NCBI GenBank assembly: GCA_051859245.1
Contig: JBHYGA010000005.1
Span: forward strand, 859,537-923,536
Direction: 5' to 3'
Source of the DNA: Gemmatimonadaceae bacterium
Lineage (GTDB): Bacteria; Gemmatimonadota; Gemmatimonadetes; Gemmatimonadales; Gemmatimonadaceae
DNA length: 64,000 nt
The position numbers were made by a program, and so were the translations under genes. Position 1 is the first letter of the stretch. Every line of letters starts with the position of its first letter. This document shows, piece by piece, positions 47,894 through 58,579 of this stretch. Under the pieces are notes generated by a model, which was not told the origin of the DNA, ran no database searches, and saw only the letters and a list, made by a program, of their open reading frames with translations.

Positions 47894-47922
47894 TTGACGA
47901 TACCACCGGCGAGGGCTAGTCT
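47894..47922 (+). promoter_or_regulatory. Putative sigma70 promoter of groESL
   Basis: TTGACG, 17-nt spacer, TAGTCT, directly upstream of CIRCE. Confidence 0.7.
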
Positions 47923-47932
47923 TATGCGAGCG

Positions 47933-47959
47933 TTAGCACTCACATGAGGTGAGTGCTAA
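47933..47959. promoter_or_regulatory. CIRCE element (HrcA operator)
   Basis: Perfect TTAGCACTC-N9-GAGTGCTAA upstream of groES. Confidence 0.97.
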
Positions 47960-48014
47960 CCGTTGTGCCGTCAGTGGATTTTATGTCTGACTCACCTTTC
48001 GGAGGCTTCACCCT

Positions 48015-49981
<1,967 letters not shown>

Positions 49982-50000
49982 GCGATCACTCGCTGGTACG

Positions 50001-50039
50001 AAACAAAGGGCGCCTCGAACGGGGCGCCCTTTGTCGTTT
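50001..50039. terminator. Terminator after groEL (likely bidirectional)
   Basis: ACAAAGGGCGCC / GGCGCCCTTTGT inverted repeat. Confidence 0.8.
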
Positions 50040-50097
50040 CCGTTGACCCCTCAAAACACAAGACGAGGGCAGCATGTCCGCCCCCGCCTCCAGCGGC

Positions 50098-50772
50098 TTA
50101 CGCCGGCACCGTGTCGTGATGAATCTCTGACACGTAGCTCCGCACCGGCAGGGTCTGCGCTTTCGCGACGGTCTCCGCATCCATCAACCCGGAAATCAGC
50201 GGCCGCAGCAACCCATCATGCGAATCGTATACCATGCCGTGAATGATCGGCCGCTTGCCACGCGACCACGCGCGTTGAATGATCGGCGTGCGCGCGAGCT
50301 GGAAGACCTGCTTCACCACGTTCAACTCAACGAGCCGGTCTTCGCGCGACTGGTCATCGGGCAACGCCGCGAGTTCATCTGCGTGACGCAACTTGAGTTC
50401 ACGCACCACGTGCAACCAATGATCGATGATGCCATGGCCCATCGGTCCCATCGCCGCTTTCACCCCACCGCAGCCGTAGTGACCACTCACCGCGATATGT
50501 TTTACGTCGAGCACTTCCACCGCGTACTCAATCACTGACAGCGTGTTGAAGTCGCTCGGATGCACCTGATTGGCAATGTTGCGGTGCATGAGCACTTCGC
50601 CGGGCAGCGTGCCGGTGATGGACTCGCTTGGAATACGCGAGTCATGTCCGCCGATAAACAGAAAGTGCGGTTCCTGACGCGCCGATCGCCGATCGAAATA
50701 GCCGGGATCGGTGGCGCGCATGGACTCGGCCCACTTGCGGTTGTTCTCGAAAAGATGGAGAAACTGCTCCAT
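50098..50772 (-). CDS. Beta-class carbonic anhydrase (Can-like) with an atypical Zn site
   Basis: Colinear with E. coli Can as recalled (DSR.P, PGE..HRN.AN, YAV..L, GHYGCGGV, ELNV), but IGCSDSR reads IGGHDSR. Confidence 0.9.
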   Translation of the reverse strand: MEQFLHLFENNRKWAESMRATDPGYFDRRSARQEPHFLFIGGHDSRIPSESITGTLPGEVLMHRNIANQVHPSDFNTLSVIEYAVEVLDVKHIAVSGHYGCGGVKAAMGPMGHGIIDHWLHVVRELKLRHADELAALPDDQSREDRLVELNVVKQVFQLARTPIIQRAWSRGKRPIIHGMVYDSHDGLLRPLISGLMDAETVAKAQTLPVRSYVSEIHHDTVPA

Positions 50773-50774
50773 GA

Positions 50775-52448
50775 TCAGTGTCCGGAAGAAGAGGGGCCGG
50801 TCAGCTCGGGAACGCCAACCAGTCGGTAGTCGATTTCACGCAATTGCGCCGTGGTACGGAAGTCGTGCAGAATCTCCAGCACGTCGTGATCGAAGCGCTT
50901 GGTATTGCGTCCATCAATTTCGATGCGTGATCCGGGCGGCAATGCATCGAGCGTTTGCTCAATGTTTGCTTTGCTCAGGAACGTTGCCTGGTCGGGCAAC
51001 CGGAAGCGCTGCAGCACGGCATCAGGCGCGCTCACGCGGCTCAGCGCCGGTTGGCGCAGATACTCTGTGAGAATGAACGACAGACCCACAAGCATGCCCA
51101 CCGCGATGCCGATCAGCAGATCGGTCAGCACGATCGCCACCACGGTCACGGCGAACGGAATGAACTGCTGCATTCCTTGCTGATACGACTGCTTCCACAG
51201 CGCCGGCGCCGCCAGCTTCCAGCCGGTGTGCAACAGGATCGCGGCGAGCGCAGCCAGCGGGATGTAGTTGAGCATCTTCGGGATCGTGATCACCGCGATC
51301 AGCAGCAGCAGCCCGTGCAAGATTGCGGACCAGCGTGTGCGTCCACCCGCGCCAATGTTCGCGGCGGAACGCACAATCACTCCCGTAATCGGAAGCGCAC
51401 CAATAAATCCGGCGAGCGTGTTGCCGATGCCCTGCGCGAGCAACTCCCGATTGGTGTCGGACTCGCGCTTGTACGGATCCAGCTTGTCGGTGGCTTCCAG
51501 GCTCAGCAGCGTTTCGAGACTCGCCACGATGGCGAGCGTTACGCCAACTCGCCACGTCTCGGGATTCGCGAGCGCCGAAAAATCAGGGAAGATGAAAAAG
51601 CTGAGCAGATCGCGCGCGGTTTCTGGCAGCGGAAGCTGCACAAGATGCTTGACGCCCAACTGCCAGTCCGGCGCAGCCGAGCCAAACGCGAAGTTCAAGC
51701 CGATGGCGGCGAGTACGACGACGAGCGGTCCCGGGAGCAGCTTGATCTTCTTGAGCGCCGGCACGGCCGCCCAGGTGAAAAGAATCGCCAGCGACACAAG
51801 GCAAATGAGCGCGGCGCCTGGCTGAATTGCGTCGAGTGCGTTCTGAATAGCCGTGAAACTGTTCGCGCCATCGGGCTGCAGGAATGACTCGTCGCCCTCA
51901 TAGTCGGCGTCGTAACCAACGGCGTGCGGCAACTGCTTCAGAATCAGGATCACACCGATGCCGGCCAGCATGCCCCGAATGACCGCTGATGGGAAGTAGT
52001 ATCCGATGACGCCCGCACGCAGAACACTCAGCACGATTTGCAGCGCGCCGCCAATGATCACGGCGGTGAGGAACGCGGGGAACGAACCAAGCGCCGTAAT
52101 GCCAGCAAGCACGATCGCGGTGAGCCCGGCAGCCGGTCCGCTGACCATGAGATTCGAGCTCGATAGCACGCCCACCAGCACACCGCCGATCACGCCAGAC
52201 AGCAAGCCCGATGACAACGGTGCACCCGACGCGAGCGCAATGCCCAGGCACAGTGGCAGCGCCACAAGCAGCACAACGATGGAGGCCGGGACATCCTGCT
52301 TCCAGCTTTCGGAGAAGGGCGGCGTCGAGTGATCCACAGCGGGAGCACCCTTGCCAGCGTCACCGTTATTGGACGACGGCCCACCGTCCGGCGCGCCAGC
52401 GACTCGGCGTCGGCGCGGGGGAACGTTCACGGCACTCGTATCGATCAT
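50775..52448 (-). CDS. SulP/SLC26-family anion transporter
   Basis: LVALPLCLGIALASGAP, VSGPAAGL, NRELLAQG.GN and VIVRS..N motifs; short STAS-like tail. Confidence 0.94.
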   Translation of the reverse strand: MIDTSAVNVPPRRRRVAGAPDGGPSSNNGDAGKGAPAVDHSTPPFSESWKQDVPASIVVLLVALPLCLGIALASGAPLSSGLLSGVIGGVLVGVLSSSNLMVSGPAAGLTAIVLAGITALGSFPAFLTAVIIGGALQIVLSVLRAGVIGYYFPSAVIRGMLAGIGVILILKQLPHAVGYDADYEGDESFLQPDGANSFTAIQNALDAIQPGAALICLVSLAILFTWAAVPALKKIKLLPGPLVVVLAAIGLNFAFGSAAPDWQLGVKHLVQLPLPETARDLLSFFIFPDFSALANPETWRVGVTLAIVASLETLLSLEATDKLDPYKRESDTNRELLAQGIGNTLAGFIGALPITGVIVRSAANIGAGGRTRWSAILHGLLLLIAVITIPKMLNYIPLAALAAILLHTGWKLAAPALWKQSYQQGMQQFIPFAVTVVAIVLTDLLIGIAVGMLVGLSFILTEYLRQPALSRVSAPDAVLQRFRLPDQATFLSKANIEQTLDALPPGSRIEIDGRNTKRFDHDVLEILHDFRTTAQLREIDYRLVGVPELTGPSSSGH

Positions 52449-52534
52449 TCAGTTCACTCCAGACGGAAAGCAGAGAAGGGCAACCGGGAAATTTACTCAC
52501 CGTCGGGGTGCCCCGTCTATGAGGAACGTCCGAT

Positions 52535-53362
52535 TCAGAGTGATAGCTCCAGCTGCGGTGCTCGCACCGCGAGAATGCCCTGTCCGGAGACGGGACCAAG
52601 TGGTACTCGCTGCGATGCCGCGACCACACGCGATGCCAGCGCGGCTGCGACACGGCCACGCGCCGCAAGCGCACAACCCACCGTGTGTACGGCTTGCTCC
52701 GGTGAATTGTTGGTTTCACTTAAGTGTGCAAGCACGATCGCCCGCAATCCCTTGTGTGCGCACGACGCGATGAATGCGGCCGCCTGCGCGTTGCTCAAGT
52801 GCCCCGTATTACTACGTATGCGTTGCTTCAGCAACCAGGGATACGGTCCCGCCATGAGCTGATCGAGATCGTGATTGGCCTCGACCACCAACAAATCCAA
52901 TCGTTCGAAGGCAGACGGGAGCGAGTCGGGGACATGCCCGAGGTCGAGAGCAATGCCTAGTCGTTCGCCGGAAGCCTGTTGTTCGAACACAAACGCCGCG
53001 CAATCGCTCGCATCGTGCGGCACCGCGTACGACGTCCCGACAACATCCCCCACCGACCACGGGCTCCCGTGCGCGATGGCGCGCACCGGTACGATGGGAG
53101 TTGGTAGCTGCGCCAGCGTTGACGACGTGGCAAACAGCGGCCACCCCCAACGAGCGCACGCAGCGAGCGCACCATGCGCATGGTCTACGTGTTCGTGTGT
53201 GAGCACAAGGGCGCTAATCGATTCCGGTGCACAGCCTAAGAGCGAAAGTCGCTGCGCGATGGTGCGTACACCAAAGCCGGCGTCCACCAGAATTCGGGTA
53301 CCACCCGCGTCGACAAGCATCGCGTTGCCGCGGCTGCCGGTGCCCAGAACGCTTACGCGCAC
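52535..53362 (-). CDS. MBL-fold metallo-hydrolase (YycJ/WalJ-like)
   Basis: LGTGS.GN, THEH.DH, HDA, EANHD, GHLSN and HLSE.NN motifs; GTG start at 53362. Confidence 0.9.
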   Translation of the reverse strand: MRVSVLGTGSRGNAMLVDAGGTRILVDAGFGVRTIAQRLSLLGCAPESISALVLTHEHVDHAHGALAACARWGWPLFATSSTLAQLPTPIVPVRAIAHGSPWSVGDVVGTSYAVPHDASDCAAFVFEQQASGERLGIALDLGHVPDSLPSAFERLDLLVVEANHDLDQLMAGPYPWLLKQRIRSNTGHLSNAQAAAFIASCAHKGLRAIVLAHLSETNNSPEQAVHTVGCALAARGRVAAALASRVVAASQRVPLGPVSGQGILAVRAPQLELSL

Positions 53363-53400
53363 GGTGCGGCAACTCTTCGGTGCGGTGCTCGCACCTGCTG

Positions 53401-54654
53401 CTACTCCGCCTTCCAGCTGCGCGCGTACGCATCGCGCAAATGCTGCTGCATGCCCTCGCTTAGCGTCACGCCACGTCGCTGCACGACACGCGTGGCCGTT
53501 TCCAGAAATTTGTCGAGCGCGTACAAGTCGTACGGTGTACCACTGCCGAAGGCAAACGGCGCGACCACCTTGGGAGGCATGCGATCCACCACATTCGCGC
53601 CGGCGCCAACCACGCAACCCGTGGTGAGACGCAGTCCAATCCCGGTCTTCACATGATCGCCAAACATCGTGCCGAGAAACTGCAGGCCGGTGTCGCGCAA
53701 CCCATCGGGAGTCCAGAGCGCAACAGGACCGTAAGTGTTCTTAAGATTGCTGGTTGTTGTGCCCGCGCCGAGATTCACCCAGCGTCCAAGTACGGAGTGG
53801 CCAACAAATCCATCGTGCCCCTTATTGGCGTGGCCAATGAACACGGTGGTGCTCACCTCGCCGTTCACTTTGCACTGTTCACCGAACGCGCTGTTGGCCA
53901 CCCGTCCGCCGCTGATCGTGGTGTCTGCACCCACATAACACGGCCCCACGAGTCGCGTAAACGCCTGAACAGCGGCGCCCTCGCACAACATGATCGGTCC
54001 GGCCGCCGTGTCGAACACCACCTGCGGTTCAATGCGCGCGCGTTCGTGCCGATACACCGCATGTTCGCCGAGCACGGTGAACGCACCCAGTTCGCGGTGC
54101 GCGTTGCGGACCGTGTGTAGCCCGGTTTCGAGCGTGTGATACTGCGCCGTGATTTGTAGCGCGAGAATGTCAGCCGAGAGCAACACGCCGAGCGCGCGCG
54201 AGACGTCCCACAACTCGTCGCACCACATGCCGTCGAGCGCGGTGAGCGCCGCGTTGTTACCGTGGTGTTCACGGGCCAGCACGTCGAGCGTGAGCGTACC
54301 GTCAGCAAAACGTGACGCGTGCTCATCGCGCGCAAGTCGTACGGCGGCGACGCGCTCGGCGCACGCGAAAATCGATCCGTACTCGAGCGGCGTGCCGAGC
54401 GACACCGCACACCGGCTGTTCACGATCAGTGTGCCCGCCGGAATGTTCTCCGTGACCGCGCGCGGACTCGTGAACTCCTGAAAGTGCGTATGCCGGTCGC
54501 CACTCAAAAACCCCGTCGCGTTGGCGCCTGAGATCGTTTGCCACCGTTCGCGCACGAGCAACGCGCCAACGCGCATTTCGCTGAACGGGCGCGTGTGCGC
54601 AAACGGCTCGAACGTGCGCGCTCGCGCGTCGTCGTAACAGACGATCGCGCTCAC
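53401..54654 (-). CDS. Putative sugar nucleotidyltransferase with left-handed beta-helix (GlmU-like)
   Basis: PF..TRP..E.R.G N-terminus; NK.HDGF.GHS..G.WVNLGAGT..SNLKN.Y. Confidence 0.85.
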   Translation of the reverse strand: MSAIVCYDDARARTFEPFAHTRPFSEMRVGALLVRERWQTISGANATGFLSGDRHTHFQEFTSPRAVTENIPAGTLIVNSRCAVSLGTPLEYGSIFACAERVAAVRLARDEHASRFADGTLTLDVLAREHHGNNAALTALDGMWCDELWDVSRALGVLLSADILALQITAQYHTLETGLHTVRNAHRELGAFTVLGEHAVYRHERARIEPQVVFDTAAGPIMLCEGAAVQAFTRLVGPCYVGADTTISGGRVANSAFGEQCKVNGEVSTTVFIGHANKGHDGFVGHSVLGRWVNLGAGTTTSNLKNTYGPVALWTPDGLRDTGLQFLGTMFGDHVKTGIGLRLTTGCVVGAGANVVDRMPPKVVAPFAFGSGTPYDLYALDKFLETATRVVQRRGVTLSEGMQQHLRDAYARSWKAE

Positions 54655-55682
54655 GGCGTGGCCAGATCGGGCGGCAGGGAATCGAGCAGCGACTTGAGAT
54701 CGGCGGCCTTGTCCCGCGTGGTCACGAGCACCACGCTGTCACGCACAACCACCACCAGATCATCCACGCCGTACAACACCACCGGCGCCCCTTCGGTATG
54801 CACCACGTTGCCGTGGCTCTGCAGCGCGTGCAGTCGGCCGGACGCGGCATTGTCATTCGCGTCACGTGTACGCACGCGGTGCAGTGCGGCCCATGTGCCC
54901 ACGTCGTCCCAACCGAAAGCGCCCGGCACCACAAGCACGCGGGCGCTGCGCTCGAGTACACCCACATCGATCGCCACGCTCTGTACCGCCGCAAAAAATG
55001 CGTCGCGGTCGTGGGCGTGCGCCGCGAGTGCCGGTGCGACTTCTGGTGTGAGCGCGCGAATCTCGTCGAGGAGATCACCAACACGCCAGGCAAAAATTCC
55101 CGAGTTCCACAAATAGCCGGCGTCCACCATTTCAGCGGCGCGTTCGCGCGTGGGCTTCTCAACAAACCGTTCCACGCGCTGCACACGCGCGCTGACGGCC
55201 TCACCAGGTTGGATGTAGCCGAATCCTGGATCGGGTCGCGAGGGCACGATGCCAACGGTCACCAGCGCGCGTTGGTCGTACGCCACCTGCGCCGCAAAGG
55301 TGAGCGTTTCCTGAAACGCCGGCACATCACGAATTGCCCAATCCGCATGCACGCACACCATCACGGCATCCGGACCATCGGTCTGTTCGATCACCGACGC
55401 GGCCCATGCGAGCGCGGCGCAAGTTCCGGCGGGCCGCGGCTCGGGAATTACATTCTCGCTCGGCACATCACGCGCCAGGTCACGCACCGCCGGTGCGAGC
55501 GACGCATTCGTGAGGATCAGCGTACGCTCCGGTGGTGAGAGCGGCGCCAGTCGCGACAACGAATCCGCCAGCATGGAGTCGGACGTGATGAGCGGCAGCA
55601 ACTGCTTGGGCCGCGTTGGCGTGGAGAGCGGCCAGAATCGCGAACCAACGCCGCCTGCGAGCACAACACTCCAGCGAATCAC
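54651..55682 (-). CDS. manC: Mannose-1-phosphate guanylyltransferase
   Basis: LAGG.GSRFWPLS...PKQ, GYI, FVEKP, WNSGIF and GWDDVG.W motifs. Confidence 0.9.
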   Translation of the reverse strand: MIRWSVVLAGGVGSRFWPLSTPTRPKQLLPLITSDSMLADSLSRLAPLSPPERTLILTNASLAPAVRDLARDVPSENVIPEPRPAGTCAALAWAASVIEQTDGPDAVMVCVHADWAIRDVPAFQETLTFAAQVAYDQRALVTVGIVPSRPDPGFGYIQPGEAVSARVQRVERFVEKPTRERAAEMVDAGYLWNSGIFAWRVGDLLDEIRALTPEVAPALAAHAHDRDAFFAAVQSVAIDVGVLERSARVLVVPGAFGWDDVGTWAALHRVRTRDANDNAASGRLHALQSHGNVVHTEGAPVVLYGVDDLVVVVRDSVVLVTTRDKAADLKSLLDSLPPDLATP

Positions 55683-56095
55683 GACAACGACTCCGCTTCG
55701 GTTGATGCGTGCAGATCATCGGTGCCGGTGAGCGCCAATGCGCGTGCGTACAAACGACGGGGACTGAATGGTTTGGTCATGAATTCGGCAACGCCAAGTG
55801 AATCCGCTTCACGATACGCGGCGTCTTGTCCGGCGGCGGTGAGAATAAGACAGGGCAACGTGAGCCAGCGCGGGTCCTGACGGATGGTGCGCAGCACGTC
55901 AATGCCACTCATGCCGGGAAGCATGAGATCGAGAATGATCAGGCGGGTGTCGGGCTGCGCTGCGAGCGCTTCGAGTGCCGCCGCGCCCGTTTCGGCGAGC
56001 GTGACCTCGAAGGATCCCTGTTCGAGGCGCGTTTTGATGATGCGCCCAATGTGTGGCTCATCGTCTACCACGAGAACCGGCGTGGCAGTTGTCAC
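55679..56095 (-). CDS. Single-domain response regulator
   Basis: VLVVDDE, LD.MLP..SG, LTA and KPFSP motifs. Confidence 0.93.
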   Translation of the reverse strand: MTTATPVLVVDDEPHIGRIIKTRLEQGSFEVTLAETGAAALEALAAQPDTRLIILDLMLPGMSGIDVLRTIRQDPRWLTLPCLILTAAGQDAAYREADSLGVAEFMTKPFSPRRLYARALALTGTDDLHASTEAESLS

Positions 56096-56125
56096 TTAGC
56101 GTTCCCGGTGCGCGCGTTCGTCACG

Positions 56126-56479
56126 TCAGATCAACGCCGCGATTTGCGGCCGATGGCGACGAAGATCGAAGAGCAACTGCGCGAGATTCGCTTCGCGGCG
56201 CACGAGTACGAGGAGGAACGCGTCCGTCGAGACCGCGGCGACCACGGCGAGGCCTTCTTCGTATTCCAGCACCGACAGTCCGAACGCGCCGCGACCGAGC
56301 GCCGAGGCGAGCTCTGTGGCGGCGCCGACCAGCGGCGGCACGTGCGCGGCCAGACCGTCGGCATCAAGGCCCGACTCCACCGCGCCATCAATGAGCAGTC
56401 CATCGCGCCCCAGCACGACCACCGCGTCTACGCCTTCTCGGCGCCTGAGTGCACTTACCAGATCGCGAATCGTGGCCAT
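56126..56479 (-). CDS. Roadblock/LC7 (MglB-like) protein
   Basis: GV..VV...DGL.I, LAA, LG.G......E motifs and A.LA.L...L C-terminal helix. Confidence 0.88.
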   Translation of the reverse strand: MATIRDLVSALRRREGVDAVVVLGRDGLLIDGAVESGLDADGLAAHVPPLVGAATELASALGRGAFGLSVLEYEEGLAVVAAVSTDAFLLVLVRREANLAQLLFDLRRHRPQIAALI

Positions 56480-56672
56480 TTCGAACAGCTCCTGCGCAAA
56501 GAAGAGGACGGACCCAGTCCCTCGGTGGAACGCGATGGTCGGCGCTCACGTGTGGTCAGGGTAGTGATCGGGCGGGTAAGGCGTCAAGACCAATCGTCAG
56601 GCGCGTCGAGGCACAGCGGCCGCGGCGCTTGCTCGGACACGAGTTGCTCGGTAAGCTACCGGGTCTGTTCGT

Positions 56673-57293
56673 GTGGTCCTTCCCGAAGCATTTGCGAGGC
56701 ATCCTCTGCTGCTCCAACATCGTCGACCGTGGCGCGCCATGGCGGTGCTCGCCTCCGCCCTGATCGTCTCAGCCTGCAGTCAAGACGACCCGTTCCGCCC
56801 CACGGCAACGTCTGCCAACGTTATTACCGGCGTCTCACTGGCCTCGTTCTCCACGGGCGCCGTCGCACAGACCGCCATCGATCTGGTCAACCTGCGCGCA
56901 GTGCGGCCGGAGGTGCAGGCCAACGGTCTGGTCAACTTTCAGCTGGCCGTTGATCTCGATGCGACCGGCAAGGTGAATCTGCTGCCGGTGCTGGCGGTGC
57001 TGCGACCGCCCGGCGGCGCCAACACGGTGGGTTTGGCCCGGTCGACCGCTTCATTCGATGCCCTCAATCGGGCGCCAACGGGCGGCTTCCGACCGGACAC
57101 GGCCATGCTCGCCGACGTCGGCGAAACGATTCTGCTGCAGGTGCAGGCGGGCACGTGTGTATACGGCGACCCGCTGTACGGCAAGTTGGTGGTGGACGGC
57201 GTGAACACGACCACGCGTCGTGTCCTCCTTCGCTTTATGCTCAACCGCAATTGCGGCTATCGCGACCTCACTGAAGGCATTCCGCGCAACTGA
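56673..57293 (+). CDS. Hypothetical lipoprotein
   Basis: Lipobox VSAC; C-terminal C...YGKL and NCGYRDL. Start may be 56739. Confidence 0.7.
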   Translation: MVLPEAFARHPLLLQHRRPWRAMAVLASALIVSACSQDDPFRPTATSANVITGVSLASFSTGAVAQTAIDLVNLRAVRPEVQANGLVNFQLAVDLDATGKVNLLPVLAVLRPPGGANTVGLARSTASFDALNRAPTGGFRPDTAMLADVGETILLQVQAGTCVYGDPLYGKLVVDGVNTTTRRVLLRFMLNRNCGYRDLTEGIPRN

Positions 57294-57300
57294 GTCTCTT

Positions 57301-58578
57301 ATGCACGATATCCGTCTCCTCCGCGACCAGATGGACCATCTCCGCGAGGGGATGCGACGCCGGGGCAAGCTCGAAGAGCTGGCGCCGGTTCTGAACCGCG
57401 CGGAAGCGCTCGAAAAAGAGCGTCGCGATGCGATTCGCGTGGCCGAAGAAGCGCAGGCGCGTCGCAACAAGTTGTCGCAGGAGGTCGCGCAACGTCGCCG
57501 CAGCGGCGAGAACGCCGACGATCTTGTTGCCGAATCGCGCAAGATCGGCGACGAACTCACGGCGCTTGAGGAAAAGCGTGCCGCCGTGGAAGCGGAGGTG
57601 CAGCAGATTCTGATGGAGCTGCCGAATCTCACGCTTGACGAAGTACCGGCTGGCGGCGAAGAAGCGAACACGATCGTTCGCACGTGGGGCACACCACGTG
57701 CCGGCGATTCCGGCATCGCACCACACTGGGAAGTGGGGGAGCGGCTCGGCATGATCGACCTGCCGCGCGGCGCGAAGATTTCGGGCAGCGGGTTCATTGT
57801 GTATCGCGGCGCCGGTGCAAAACTGGTGCGCGCGCTCATGAACTTCATGATCGACGTGCACACGGAAGAGCACGGCTATGAAGAGTTGTGGGTGCCGCTC
57901 GTGGTGAACCGTGCCACCCTCACGGGTACGGGGCAGTTGCCCAAGTTTGAAGACGACATGTACGCCATCGCCGATGACGATCTGTTTCTGATCCCGACGG
58001 CCGAAGTCCCGGTGACGAATCTGTATCGCGACGAGATTCTGGATGCGACTGAGCTGCCGCGCTCGTTTGTGGCGTTCAGCGCGTGCTTCCGTCGTGAAGC
58101 CGGTTCGGCGGGCAAGGACACGCGCGGACTCTTGCGTGTGCATGAGTTCGACAAAGTGGAGCTCGTACGTTATGCCACTCCGGAATCGTCGCGCGATGAA
58201 CTTGAAGTGCTCACCGCTCACGCGGAAAAAATGCTGCAGCTCCTCGAGCTGCCGTATCGTGTGCTGCGACTGGCCGCCGGCGACACCGGTTTTTCGAGCG
58301 CCATGACGTACGATCTTGAAGTGTTTGCGCCCGGCGTGGGCAAGTGGCTTGAGGTGTCGTCGTGTTCGGTGTTTACCGATTTTCAGGCACGTCGTGCCAA
58401 CATTCGCTATCGCACGGCGCCCGGTGAGAAGCCCCGGTTTGTACATACGCTGAACGGATCGGCACTCGCGTTCTCACGCATTATTGCGGCGCTGTTTGAG
58501 CATCACCAGCAGAGCGACGGCACGATCACGGTACCGGCCGCGCTGCGTCGGTATCTGGGGCGCGATACACTCGGCTGA
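57301..58578 (+). CDS. serS: Serine--tRNA ligase
   Basis: N-terminal coiled coil, GQLPKF, LIPTAE, FRREAG, EVSSCS and HTLNGS motifs. Confidence 0.98.
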   Translation: MHDIRLLRDQMDHLREGMRRRGKLEELAPVLNRAEALEKERRDAIRVAEEAQARRNKLSQEVAQRRRSGENADDLVAESRKIGDELTALEEKRAAVEAEVQQILMELPNLTLDEVPAGGEEANTIVRTWGTPRAGDSGIAPHWEVGERLGMIDLPRGAKISGSGFIVYRGAGAKLVRALMNFMIDVHTEEHGYEELWVPLVVNRATLTGTGQLPKFEDDMYAIADDDLFLIPTAEVPVTNLYRDEILDATELPRSFVAFSACFRREAGSAGKDTRGLLRVHEFDKVELVRYATPESSRDELEVLTAHAEKMLQLLELPYRVLRLAAGDTGFSSAMTYDLEVFAPGVGKWLEVSSCSVFTDFQARRANIRYRTAPGEKPRFVHTLNGSALAFSRIIAALFEHHQQSDGTITVPAALRRYLGRDTLG

Positions 58579-58579
58579 G

